Source: Macrostomum hystrix (Eukaryota; Animalia; Platyhelminthes). Taken from it: a DNA stretch of 64,000 nt. The translations under genes were made by a program, and so were the position numbers. The notes below the pieces were generated by a model, which was not told where the DNA came from, made no database searches, and saw only the letters and a list, made by a program, of their open reading frames with translations. Shown here piece by piece: positions 33,113-46,432 of the stretch (positions are counted from its first letter, which is position 1; every line of letters starts with the position of its first letter). The stretch lies in the NCBI GenBank assembly GCA_950097015.1, contig CATNEN010000038.1:27714001-27778000 (forward strand), written 5' to 3'.

Positions 33113-34201
33113 GGACTAAGGATGTTGTATTGAATGTCTTCTATATCGAAGCGTCACTTTTTAGCAAAATTAACTTATCCCAGATTAAATTAAGTGCTGC
33201 GTGTCTGCCAAATGATGCATTTTTATTGCAGGTGTCTGTTTTCTTCATTTTGATTGGTCAGCTTAGTTTGCACCTATCATGCTCGATCAATGCATGCATG
33301 CTTACTTCATGTTAAGCGCAATTAAAAATGCATTGCCAATTTTAGTAGCTCATTAGAAGGACGCCACACTCGAAATCTAAGGGACACGTAGAAAGGCATT
33401 TTTTCGAATGGTGTCTAATTCAAAATTCAAATTCAAAAAGCATTCAAGGCTCATTTATACCGTATAGTTGATTAATATAGTCGTTCCGAAAATCTTATAA
33501 CTCTGCAATTGGTTGCTTAGAACAATTTCGAAACAATTTTACAAGTAAAACACAAATTCAATTAAGCTTTAGTTGTTACTTAGTAGTAGTAAGTGAATAT
33601 GTTGTGCTCAGAGGTTAGTTTTAGATTAGGAAATATTGTATACAGATGCGAGCGTTCTTGCATAAATTCTTTACTTATTAATTAACTTACTTAAGTACTT
33701 GTAATTGCGTATTAGTTAACAGATGTAAAAAACTTTACTTAAGCCATCGGGATTGCTATACTTGAGCACATTGCAGATGGCAGTCCGATTGGTAGTGTTT
33801 CTTGAGTCAACACTCTATCGCTGGACGAACTACAGAACTACAGCGATTGGCTAGACTCTGTATAAGGCTGCTATATGCACACTGAACAAGTGGCAAATTA
33901 ATGCTAAGCTAAAACAGAACTAAAGGCAAAAATGCCAAAAGCAATTAGAAAGTGACTTTGGTAGGAATTAACTAAACCAACACAAGCGCATACCAGATTA
34001 GCAGGTCAAACTTATATTAATCTCATTTGCCTGTCTTCTCAATGTTCCATGACAATCTTTGATGTATATGTATTGTCAGCCTCAAGTCAGTGGTCCTTCT
34101 CAGTTCTCACTTCTCAGTGGCGAAACGAAAATAGACCCGAACTTACAAAAGCTGAGAGTTTTCAGAAAGTATTACATGAAAGACAAATTTTCTAGATGCA
34201 A

Positions 34202-34365
34202 TTCTGCTCATTCATCTCACCCTGAGCACACATAGGCTCATCGATACGACGTAGGCATTTTCACACAGGTGTGTATATCTGCCCTGTGTATATCACCCAA
34301 TTTTTTTCTCTCCAAATGAATTTGACCTCGCCGCGGAATCGAAATCAGGGACCTTAGTCCGAGAG
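34202..34365 (-). mobile_element. SINE family 1, degenerate fragment
   Basis: CACACAGGTGTGTATATCTGCCCTG and CCGCGGAATCGAA..GGGACCTT segments. Confidence 0.65.
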
Positions 34366-36274
34366 CTATAGTCCAACTCCACTACCTTAATAACACACCA
34401 TGGCTGATGTTGCATAACAGAATACGTAGCAAATCACGGCGTAATTAGAAGTGAAAATTTTTCTGGTCTGCCCGTGTGAAGAAAGCTTAAAACAAAAAGT
34501 GTTTTCTTCGCAGCATAAACTCGAAAATAGTAATGCAGAAAACGAAAACTATTTGTGCTTTTTCCAAAGTAAGTGAGTTGTTGATCAAATTTTAAGACTC
34601 GAAGGAAACTTGACTTGCAGTTGTCTGGAAAAAAAGCAAAACAGGCTAATAAAATTTGTGTTTTTTACGTGACTTATTTAATTAAGTGTGTGCCAAAATG
34701 CGAACATTGAGTTAACAGCATCGAGATAGGAAACAGGGTGATAGTATCAGAATCCCTTAAAATTAACTATTCGTAAGTGCTTGTTTTGCAGATGAGCGAA
34801 ACTTATTACGAAAAAAAACAATAAGAGTGAGCTATCTAAGAAAGATAGATTGATGTAGGCACACTGAATTTTGAGAACCATTGGAGTAAATAAAGGAGAA
34901 CGATTCATGAAAAACTAATCAGATTGTCTTTAAAAGTGGATCGCGCTAATTGACTGAGAAAGAGTTGGTGTCGATTAGTTTACCAATTTGATCTCGCTTT
35001 GACATGGTCACTCTGAAACGTTGTTCGACAAATTTTGCTTCTTGCTCAAGCCTCTTTAACCTGACCTCCTGTCCTGAGACCGACATTAAAGAGTTGTTCA
35101 GGCAAGCAGCACTGGCAGCAGGAGAATCAGCAGATGCTTTAGCTGATGTCGTGTTACCGATGGAACTGACGATCGCGGCGAGCTGGTTGCTGCTAAAAGG
35201 GTCTGTAAACGTGACTTTCTGCAACGGATAAATCGTCCCTTTTTGCGGCTGGCGCACAGACGCATTGTGTCCAGGTAAATGGATGGCTTGAGTATGTGAG
35301 CATGCGAATTTGGTCCTATTTTTATGCCATTAAAGGTTTCAGAGGTGAATGATATCAACACCAGCTGCAGGATGTGCAGGAAAATGACAGCATATTCCTC
35401 AGCAGCAAACTAGACGGTCTCATTCTCATCACGCCGAGCCGGAATACGTGGGAAAAAATGACATTCTTGCTATTAGACCAGTACTTTATTATTAATCCCA
35501 TTCTTATCTTGCTAATTAATGTAGGTGCCTCCCAGTTACGTCTTAGTTTTAAAGGAACCACATTTTAAACCCTTGGCTCCCTTGTTTTAGTCCTCTTAAT
35601 TTTGACTACCTCAGTGAAGTTGAAAATATCTTTCTTGGAAAGAAGGCTTGTATGTGCCAGCGAACCAATCAGCGACCCCAACAAATCTCATTGGTTGTTT
35701 GCATCGTGCCAAAGCGAATGAGGAACTACAGAAAATAAATGGCTGATGGGAATTCTCCCCCACATAAAAACTGCTATTGCTTTCAGCCTCTGCTGAAAGG
35801 ATGGCAAAGCGCTGTAATTATTATTAATTAAGGAACAAGATATCTTAAAATTGGCTTCTATCACTTCCTGCCTATTGCGTATTGCTAGACAATAATCACT
35901 GAGAGTCAGATAGCTCAGGACACTACAAAGGCAACATACACCGCCATGATAAGCCGTTTCCAATCAAAGTAAAAAGAGAGGAACAGAAAGCCTTGTCTAA
36001 AAGCCTCGTCCGTATCTTAAGCGTTCCATTAAGACAGGCGAACGCCAAACTGCTCACAACGTCGTGATCTATACGTTTGCAAGATCAAAGATCTGACCAG
36101 GTACTGCTATGATCTCGAGACTCTGGCAGTATTTATATTTAGGTTCGATATATAGACTCTAAATAACAAGGAACATTCCTTTTCCCACGTTTTTATCTGA
36201 CCTTAGTATATGTTTACCTTATTGGCAGTTATCTAGTTTAACTCCACACGACACACTTTATTTCACAGGCGAAC

Positions 36275-39200
36275 ATGAAGACATTGTCTACTTTAGCACT
36301 TCTGTGGATTTTCCGCTGTCAGCTCGCCGATTTAAACGCTAGTTCCCAGCTGACTCCCGAATATTCCACCGGCCGTGCGTTTCGTTCGAACACTTACCTG
36401 ATATTCAGAGAAGGTGGCATCTCCGCCGCCTACAGAAGACTGGTGGGCTTAGACATCCGACCGCCTGTGCAGCAGCTACCTACCGTTCGCGCATATCTGG
36501 GCCTGCAATACGCCGCAGTCGGTAAGATGGAGAGACTCACGCTGCACAGATTCGCCCGCTCCGTGGCCGCAATGAAGTACAACTATTACGCCTCTGATAG
36601 TACTTTCTATCGGGACAGCTTCCAGCCAGTGTGTCCACAGAATCATCCTACAGATTTAGAAAAGTCTGATGCTCGTTTAAAGAGAATCCTGCCCTACCTG
36701 AAGCGACAGGATGAGGAGTGCCTGTACCTGAATGTCTACACGCCTGTGTTGGGTGAGTAAGCCAGGTTTACCTAATGCGAGGCACTGTGATAGATCTACC
36801 TTCGTGTAATCGTACACGATAAAAAATATTTGGTCAGATCTTTTAATCGGATGACGCCGCAAGCACAAGACTATCTTGTTCTTCCGTATAAAAGGCTCAC
36901 TTACACTGTCGACAAACGATGCTAGAACACACGTTGTACTTCCGAATCTCTTCTATGATCCTTCTAGCCTCGTACGGTCAAGTGTTCTTGTAATTGACAA
37001 CTCAATGACAGCAAAGCACTGCAACGAGATCAAATACTGCAATTTGAGTGCAAAGACTATGACCATTCGTTAAGAATATTTTTTTCTAATTGTGAAGCTC
37101 TAAAACACAGAACAATATTCTCCCAATCTGTCAATCACTCTTAACTGAAAATCTACGGCACATTATGCATATCAAACTTGTTTTTTTTTCGTTGTGACCA
37201 GACATGACATGCACGCAGACTCGAAGTGGCTTCTTCCGCATAGTATTCTGAGCTAAACGGCTTTCAGCCAAATACACCTTTAGCCCTGGGATAACGGAGC
37301 ATCATGATTTGCACTGTAATTCAGTCGCAATGAGAACTAGGGCTAGAGAGAAGGACACGCAGACAATGACAGATTAAGATGGGAGAACAATGCCACATTA
37401 ATTGGCCTTTAATTAGGCGAACTCTCTCCCAGGAAGGGTCATCCGCTCTTTGTCGGTCTGTCGCAACCCCTACTACAATTGTCTCCAAAATGTGCAGAAA
37501 CTGCAGCGGATAACAATAAGTTCAGCGTTGGGCAGAAACAGCATACAGAAGCAAGCTGAATGTGCTGCAGAAACTTTCATTGCCATCTCATCAGCCCTGC
37601 ACTGCATGGCGTATTGTGCAGTGCAAATGATTTTATTGAAAGATTGCAGCCGGAAGTTATTAAAAGTACATGCGATCGCGGCTGTTCATCTAACGATGCG
37701 GAGGATAGATAGGAATTCAAGTAACCAAACTGGGCAGATAGACGTACAGCCAATACCACAGGAGCAGCTACTGTGCGGTACATGGATAGGCTGCGTACAG
37801 CTGCAGTTCAGTCCGTGGACAGGAAGGGGGTAGCATACCGATCTACATTTATGCTCCATCTGATAACTCTCCCGACAAAGTATTTATGAAATAGCTCACC
37901 ATGGCCCTCTAAATCCATCCTTCTAAATACGTTGATTCAACCCCCGTGTCCTATAGGCGGTAGTCCAGCTGGTTTTACGCCCAAATCTTGAAGCTGTGTG
38001 CTCCCGACGCCGGCTATCAGGTTGCCGAATCGTGTTTTGCGAGCAGTTTGACTCAGAACCCGCAGCTTCTCTGAAAGAAAGTAGATTGGCACCGAGCATG
38101 TGCAACCCTCCCTTTGCTTCAATCTTACCCTCGATAACGTTCCTGCACCCGTCCATTCAGGCTCTCTCTCTCCCTATTTCTGTGTCAAAAAATTCGACGG
38201 CTTCCGGTCATAGGACGTACGGGAGAGAGTAACTTAGAGAGGGTGCGAAAATGTGTGAAGTGTTGTAGGCACGGAGAAGCGACAAACCATTACTTATTTT
38301 AGACTCGTGGTCAATACTACTGGCCAACAGCTCAGGTACTGCTTAGTAATCAGCGCAGGAAGGAAACGTTTGAGAGTTGTGAATGAATTTAACTCTTGCT
38401 AAATTTTTAACGTTCAAAATAATCTCTTCTTAGAAACCAAGCAAAACTTTGTAGTAATTTCTCTTTAAAGTTCTCGCCTCCAAAACACAACAGATTCCTA
38501 CGACAACGATAACAAATTTTCCAACTTTCATCGCCGCTACAAGCCGTTGCTACCTGTGCTAGTCTTTGTCCACGGCGATAGTTACCTGTGGGGCTCTGGC
38601 AATGCTTACGATTTAAGCGTTCTCTGCGCTGTTAGTCGAACGATTGGCGTCACCTTGAACTATCGACTGGGAAGCTTGGGTGAGGCACTGAATGGGATCA
38701 GGGATAATTGGAGGGAAGTGACAACTCACTGAATGGGATCAGGGGGATTGGAGGGGAGTGACAACTCACTGAATGGGATCAGGGGGATTGGAGGGGAGTG
38801 ACAACTCACTGAATGGGATCAGGGGGATTGGAAGAGAGTGACAACTCACTAAATGGGATCAGGGGGATTGGAGGGGAGTGACAACTCACTAAATGGGATC
38901 AGGGGGATTGGAGGGAAGTGACAACTCACTGAATGGGATCAGGGAGAATTGGAGGGGAGTGACAACTCACTGAATGGGATCAGGGATAATCGGAGGGGAG
39001 TGACAACTCACTGAATGGGATCAGGGATAATCGGAGGGGAGTGACAACTCACTAAATGGGATCAGGGGGATTGGAGGGGAGTAACAACTCACTGAATGGG
39101 ATCAGGGAGAATTGGAGGGAAGTGACAACTCACTGAATGGGATCAGGGAGAATTGGAGGGAAGTGACAACTCACTGAATGGGATCAGGGGGGATTGGAGG

Positions 39201-42200
39201 GGAGTGAGAACTCACTAAATGGGATCAGTGGGATTGGAGGGAAGTGACAACTCACTGAATGGGATCAGGGAGAATTGGAGGGGAGTGACAACTCACTGAA
39301 TGGGATCAGGGATAATCGGAGGGGAGTGACAACTCACTGAATGGGATCAGGGGGGATTGGAGGGGAGTGACAACTCAATGAATGGGATCAGGGGGATTGG
39401 AGGGGAGTGACAACTCACTGAATGGGATCAGGGGGGATTGGAGGGAAGTGACAACTCACTGAATGGGATCAGGGAGAATTGGAGGGGAGTGACAACTCAC
39501 TGAATGGGATCAGGGATAATCGGAGGGAAGTGACAACTCACTGAATGGGATCAGGGAGAATTGGAGGGAAGTGACAACTCACTGAATGGGATCAGGGAGA
39601 ATTGGAGGGGAGTGACAACTCACTGAATGGGATCAGGGAGAATTGGAGGGAACTGACAACTCACTGAATGGGATCAGGGAGAATTGGAGGGAAGTGACAA
39701 CTCACTGAATGGGATCAGGGGGATTGGAGGGGAGTGACAACTCACTGAATGGGATCAGGGAGAATTGGAGGGAAGTGACAACTCACTGAATGGGATCAGG
39801 GGGGATTGGAGGGGAGTGACAACTCACTGAATGGGACCAGGGAGAATTGGAGGGAAGTGACAACTCACTGAATGGGATCAGGGAGAATTGGAGGGAAGTG
39901 ACAACTCACTAAATGGGATCAGGGAGAATTGGAGGGAAGTGACAACTCACTGAATGGGATCAGGGAGAATTGGAGGGAAGTGACAACTCACTGAATGGGA
40001 TCAGGGAGAATTGGAGGGAGTGACAACTCACTGAATGGGATCAGGGGGGATTGGAGGGGAGTGAGAACTCAATGAATGGGATCAGGGAGAATCGGGGGAA
40101 GTTGTGTTACTGAATGTTACAATCCCCTGGATTGTCCTGACCTCGCCAACCGCAAGGATTCCTGTCTGCGGACAGCTCGGAGGCGCCTGGCAACTACGCT
40201 CTGATGGATCTTCGCGACGCCCTGCAGTGGGTCAGGTCGAATATTCGCCAGTTTGGCGGCGACCCTGAGCTGATCACCCTCATGGGTCACGGCTACGGGG
40301 CGACTTTGGCCTCTCTGCTTGTGACATCTAGATTTGCTCAAGGTGAGTCAGTCACGTGTTGTGTTACTATGCTAACTAGCTGATTTACATTTTTTCAACT
40401 TATACGAGCCGTACTTAAAGTCGAGGATGTTTCTACCGTCTAGCCTTTTAACTTGTCTAATTAGGACTTCGGTTTTATCTAAACCAAACCAAATGGTCAG
40501 CCACTCGGGTAAGATGGAAGGCGAATTATTTTCTAGTTCAACGGATTTTCAACAGTTCTTTTGCTACTTTTGGTGGATGGAAGATAAAAAAAGGCTGCTT
40601 GTAAGGAAGTGAAACGGAACTTAAAATCGAAAGAGATTATCCACCTATCAATTACGAGAATCAAGGCTTTGCTAGGTCAGTGCCAGTTTGGGCCCTTTAA
40701 ATTGGTTCTTATGGTCAACTGAAGCCGAAATTCAAACTCCTATTTAACATGCTGGAAAAAGAGCGATTTCATAAAATCGATTACAACTTAGTTACCCTCT
40801 GAAAGTAAAGCACGTTTATGATTTGACCCTATCGAAGTAACACCTTAAAATATCGTTTTTCTCAACCAGTGGATGGCCAGGAGACTTTCCTGGGAGTACG
40901 CCGGCTCATCCTACTGAGCGGCAGCGGCCTGGCCTCCTGGGCCCTGGCTGATCCCGAAGAAGCTCGCAAGTTTTCCCAGCGTCTCCTCCTAGATGCTTTG
41001 ACAAATAATGGCACTTTAGCTCGTCCAGTAACTGCGTCCAAGCTTTCATCGTCCTCGTCGATTCGACATCTAATCGATTCGGCGAGACGTCTGTCGACTG
41101 CCGAAATTCTGGCCACAGAGCGTCGACTTCTGTCCGACGGCGCTGGTGAAACCCTGACGGAGAAGCGACTCGGTCCGGTGGCCAGCGATGGGAATTTCTT
41201 CCAGTCGAGCAATCTGCGCCAAGAAGCGACATCTCCGCGCTCTGCTTTGTCCAGAACCGGCCTCCTAATTGGCTTCTCCGCGAGCTCAGCGCGGCATCTG
41301 TTGAGCGCGAGCAAAAATGCCAGACTACTATTGACTGATACTGGTAGGCTGTCCTTAGCACAGCGCCTGGTCGATGTGGTAGTTCCTAACAGCTCCATGA
41401 AAGGCATTGGAACCAGTGTTCTGGACGCTGTCTACGATATATTGGGAACGAACAACAATACAAAGCGACCAGCTGTACTAGCTATGCTAAATGACGGACT
41501 GTACGCATCGCCCTGTCTGACGAGCGCTCTCGACCATTCATCGTGGCCATTGTCCTCTACTTCGGACACATTTGTCGGCGTCTTTGAAGCTAGCAGCGAA
41601 GACAGAGAAGGACTTTGGCAGGATGATCTGGCGATGGCCCTGGGAGAGCCGATCCTGTCTGACGGCAGGCACGTGTCAACAGTGGCGATTGAAGCTCAGA
41701 CTCGATACAATGCAGCTGATCGAGCCACTTCCGCTGCGGTGATGTCCTACTTGACTAACTTTATTGCTACTGGGTAAGTAAAATGTTCGGTTGTTAGCGT
41801 TTGAAAAGGCTCACATGTCAGGTTTGAGTGCACGTGAGATAAGGTCAGGTTTGAGTGCACGTGAGATAAGGTCAGGTTTGAGTGCACGTGAGATAAGGTC
41901 AGGTTTGAGTGCGCATGAGATAAGGTCAGTTTGAGTGCGCATGAGATAAGGTCAGTTTGAGTGCACGTGAGATAAGGTCAGGTTTGAGTGCACATGAGCT
42001 AAAGTGAGGTTTGAGTGCGCATGAGATAAGGTCAGTTTGAGTGCACGTGAGATAAGGTCAGGTTTGAGTGCACGTGAGATAAGGTCAGGTTTGAGTGCAC
42101 GTGAGATAAGGTCAGGTTTGAGTGCACATGAGATAAGGTCAGTTTGAGTGCGCATGAGATAAGGTCAGGTTTGAGTGCACGTGAGATAAGGTCAGGTTTG

Positions 42201-43608
42201 AGTGCACGTGAGATAAGGTCAGTTTGAGTGCGCATGAGATAAGGTCAGGTTTGAGTGCGCATGAGATAAGGTCAGGTTTGAGTGCGCATGAGATAAGGTC
42301 AGGTTTGAGTGCGCATGAGATAAGGTCAGGTTTGAGTGCACGTGAGATAAGGTCAGGTTTGAGTGCACATGAGATAAGGTCAGGTTTGAGTGCACGTGAG
42401 ATACGGTCAGGTGTGAGATAATTTGAGAGCTTGAGTGTCGAATATCTGATTTCCCACCACCAACAGGAATCCCAACCAGAAGGCAAGCAATCGGACGGGG
42501 TACCCAACTGAGGAAGCAACAATGAATGCCAATATTGAATGGCCTCCGTTCAGGCGTCAAACGCAGAGCTATCTGGAGTTTGGTGAGTGCGTATGGAAAC
42601 ATATAGCTTTCTTAAATGGTAAAAAAGTTTTTGAGAGGACTTGAAAATGCCCATCTACTTGTTTAAACTAAAGTATCAAAAGTTAACAAATAATTCTTTT
42701 GATACAGACGATTTTGAGACCTCACTACAGCTATATCTTTGTTTATGCAAAAGCTGAAAGAAAGTTAAGGAAATGAAAAAAAACATTTTTCATCAGGCGA
42801 TTCTTCGGGTCGTCCGTCACCGAGCAGTTTCTATCGAGCCAAGCAGATGCGGTTATGGCAGAGCCATCTGCCAGACATTCTCGACGATGCCAGCCAACTG
42901 GGCGAACAAACGAATGCAAAATTCGATCGTCTAAGGAGCAGAAACGCTAGCACTGACTGTCGGCCAGGGTTCTACGACCGCAACGGCGCTTTGGCTAACG
43001 CAGCAACGACAAGTCAGCAGTCAACTTCGGCTTCATCGCAGACGACCATCCAGCCTGTGACAGAGCTCAGCATCAGCGAGGCGAACAATGATTTGATCTT
43101 GACGCTAACAATCGGCTGCGGGCTCCTTGCAGGCAATTGCCTAGTCTTGGCCATCGTTTGTCTGGGAGTCGGTCGCCTCCGATTAGAACGTCGACGTCTT
43201 CGTCGAGAGCAACAGCAGCTGCAGCAGCCGCAGCATGGACCAAGCGGTCGGCATCGCCGACGAAAACATCAAAGAAGAAATAGTCGTCGGCGTCAGAATG
43301 AAGTCGACAATGACTACGACGATAGTTTGGACGACTTCGACAATGGCGTGAAGCTCGAAGATGTGGACGACGACGGGCACGATGATTTTCGGGTCGCACT
43401 GACGCTGCAGCCGCCGGCGCTAACAACGCCACCGCCGCCTCCGCCGCCGCCGCCGCCGCCGCGACCGCCGCTGCAAATGTCAAACAGCATGGGCGATTGT
43501 CCAGGCTATGTGGACTGCGACTACTGGTTGAATATCAAATTGGCCGGCTGTGGAGGTCGCAGCGGCACCAGTGGATGTGAGACCGACGGACAGACTACCA
43601 TGGTTTGA
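36275..43608 (+). CDS. Neuroligin-like catalytically inactive cholinesterase-fold membrane protein; exons 36275-36752, 38494-38679, 40157-40342, 40870-41773, 42467-42582, 42797-43608
   Basis: Signal peptide; YLGLQYA, PVCPQ, EECLYLNVYTP, PVLVFVHGDSY.WGSGN, TLNYRLG.LGFL, GNYALMD..ALQWV..NI..FGGDP, GHGYG in place of catalytic GESAG, NFIATGNPN, one TM segment, PDZ-type C-terminus TTMV; all GT-AG junctions are phase-compatible. Confidence 0.88.
38687..40095. repeat. 40-41 bp minisatellite filling neuroligin intron 2
   Basis: Tandem CACTGAATGGGATCAGGGRGAATTGGAGGGRAGTGACAACT units starting 7 nt after the donor site. Confidence 0.95.
41815..42420. repeat. 26-27 bp minisatellite in neuroligin intron 4
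   Basis: Tandem GTTTGAGTGCACGTGAGATAAGGTCAG units. Confidence 0.95.
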
Positions 43609-44344
43609 CCAGGGGCTACTGAATACTTAATATTCGAGTAACTGTAATAGACACTTTTTCGGCATGTAGATCTTGATTCATATAGCGCGTCTTAAGCGCA
43701 ACGAAGCTTAACAGCTTAACAAGAAGAGAGACGAGAAGAGGAGAGGAGAGAAGATAAGAGGAGAGGAGAGGAGAGACTGGAAGAGGAGAGGAGAAGAGAA
43801 GAGGAGATGAGAGGAGAGGAGATGGGAGAGAGGAGATGTGAAGAGAGTTAAGCAAGACGGAAGTAGAGGAAAGGAAAAGAAGAACGAAGCCCTAGGTTAA
43901 TTAAAAACTAATTGAAGATCTAACGAAGTTACGAAATATAATTGTGGGTCTAGAAGTGTTTAGAAAAGCTATTCATTTCATAATTATGAAATTAAAACTA
44001 TTTGAAGCAGCTCTCACTTGAAAAAGAGATTTTTCTAATTGTCTTTTTGTCGCTTTTTTATGTTTATCAGTTCGTTCGATAGGTATTGATGTTTTCTACT
44101 GTTAAAGCAATCATTGGCTAAAATCTGGCGATAATTAATAAAGTTTTCTGCATCAAAGCTTTCTAAGGTTGCACAATGCTAAATGGCAATTTTTCAATTC
44201 TAAAATTTCTATTGAACACAGCTAACTATTGCTAAAACATGTAGATGCACATTTAACTAAAATGTGGAGAATTTATTCAAGTTTCAAATAAGAAGACCAT
44301 TAAAACAATACGTTGCACGATACAGATGCACGATAACTCTACGC

Positions 44345-45360
44345 CTCTCCTCTTATCTATCTACCAGTCTCCTCTTATCTATCTACCAGTCTCCTCTTAT
44401 CTATCTACCGGTCTCCTCTTATCTATCTACCGGTCTCCTCTTATCTATCTACCGGTCTCCTCTTATCTATCTACCAGTCTCCTCTTTCTTATCTATCTAC
44501 CGGTCCCCTCTTATCTATCTACCAGTCTCCTCTTATCTATCTACCGGTCCCCTCTTATCTATCTACCAGTCTCCTCTTATCTATCTACCAGTCTCCTCTT
44601 ATCTATCTACCAGTCTCCTCTTATCTATCTAACCTCTCCTCTTATCTATCTACCAGTCTCCTCTTATCTATCTACCAGTCTCCTCTTATCTATCTTCCGG
44701 TCTCCTCTTATCTATCTACCAGTCTCCTCTTATCTATCTACCAGTCTCCTCTTATCTATCTACCGGTCTCCTCTTATCTATCTACCGGTCTCCTCTTATC
44801 TATCTAACCTCTCCTCTTATCTATCTTCCGGTCTCCTCTTATCTATCTACCAGTCTCCTCTTATCTATCTACCAGTCTCCTCTTATCTATCTACCAGTCT
44901 CCTCTTATCTATCTAACCTCTCCTCTTATCTATCTACCAGTCTCCTCTTATCTATCTACCAGTCTCCTCTTATCTATCTACCAGTCTCCTCTTATCTATC
45001 TACCGGTCTCCTCTTATCTATCTACCAGTCTCCTCTTATCTATCTACCAGTCTCCTCTTATCTATCTACCAGTCTCCTCTTATCTATCTACCAGTCTCCT
45101 ATTATCTATCTACCAGTCTCCTCTTATCTATCTACCAGTCTCCTCTTATCTATCTACCAGTCTCCTATTATCTATCTACCAGTCTCCTCTTATCTATCTA
45201 CCAGTCTCCTCTTATCTATCTACCAGTCTCCTCTTATCTATCTACCAGTCTCCTCTTATCTATCTACCAGTCTCCTCTTATCTATCTACCAGTCTCCTCT
45301 TATCTATCTAACCTCTCCTCTTATCTGTCTACCGGTTATCTATCTGCCCTCTCCTCTTAT
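44345..45360. repeat. 22 bp minisatellite (CTCCTCTTATCTATCTACCAGT)
   Basis: Tandem units seen directly. Confidence 0.95.
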
Positions 45361-46432
45361 TATTCTACCACGATGCTCTTGTCTAACTAATTATTTTTTA
45401 TGCTGTTATTTCTACATCTTATAAATTTTGTATAGCATTGGCAATTGGCAATTGGCAACCAATACTTTCGTTGTACGATTAACGTATGCATTCTAAGAAA
45501 CAAAAAATTTATAATGCAAATTACGATTAAACGGCAGTAGATATTTCTGCCGTAGAAGTATTATCATGTTTGTTCAGCACCAATAACAATTATATCAACT
45601 AGTAAATCAAGTAGGAAGACTTTATTTCGATTTTAAGTGTCACAACTCTTCAAACGGAGTAGCTTAGTGATAAAAATAATTAAATAATTATGATATATAA
45701 CAGAATACAAATAGACTGATTAATACATGCAGATAAATAGGATTTCTGGTGAGCTCTTGGTTTATTCATTTCTTGAATAAAGTTATTTAATGCATTATAC
45801 AAACAGTTTTAAGTTAGTAAAAAAATTGAGGCAAAACACTTGCCCTGGTACAGTGTCTTTGCTGTCTTGGTGGAGTGTCTTTGTGCATGCCTGAGCTCGT
45901 GATCTCTTTGTCTGCCAGTTTTTGATAGCGTGCCTCACGTGATCCTAGAGGAAATTGCACCTGTCTACTTGAACTAGTGACTCATTGTTCTATTTTTAGT
46001 TGCAAGTATGCCTGCCCCCTCACGCACGAGTGACGACAATGCTATTTTTAGCATCCGACCCCTCTTAACGAGTATCCCCATTGCATATTTGACTGACGTC
46101 AGTTTCTATTAATAGAAACTCGCGCGAGTGTTCTCCTTTTTGTAACTATTTAAGCTGCGTTGATTTGAATCCAATTGACAATGAATTCGCGAAATTGTGC
46201 AACATTTAAGTCTGCAGGAGGACTCTGTTTCGACTCTGATCATAATTTTCTCTTCGATTGTTTGACTTCTCCCTGACCGGAGTGGGAAGATATATAAAAC
46301 GCTTCTACGCAATCTTACTACTACTAGTACTACTCAGAATTCATGTCTGTTGCCTCGTGAGCTGGTTGATCTCTATTTGATAAGGGCAAGCATCTAAATA
46401 TTTGTTTCAAGTCAAATTCAACTCGTATCGCG

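Noticed and set aside
34946-35963. Minus-strand gene upstream of the neuroligin-like gene
   Set aside because: Short ORFs in different frames without a consistent splice path or recognisable motif
38687-40095. CRISPR-like arrays among the 27-41 bp repeats
   Set aside because: Head-to-tail units without unique spacers; eukaryotic context; no cas genes
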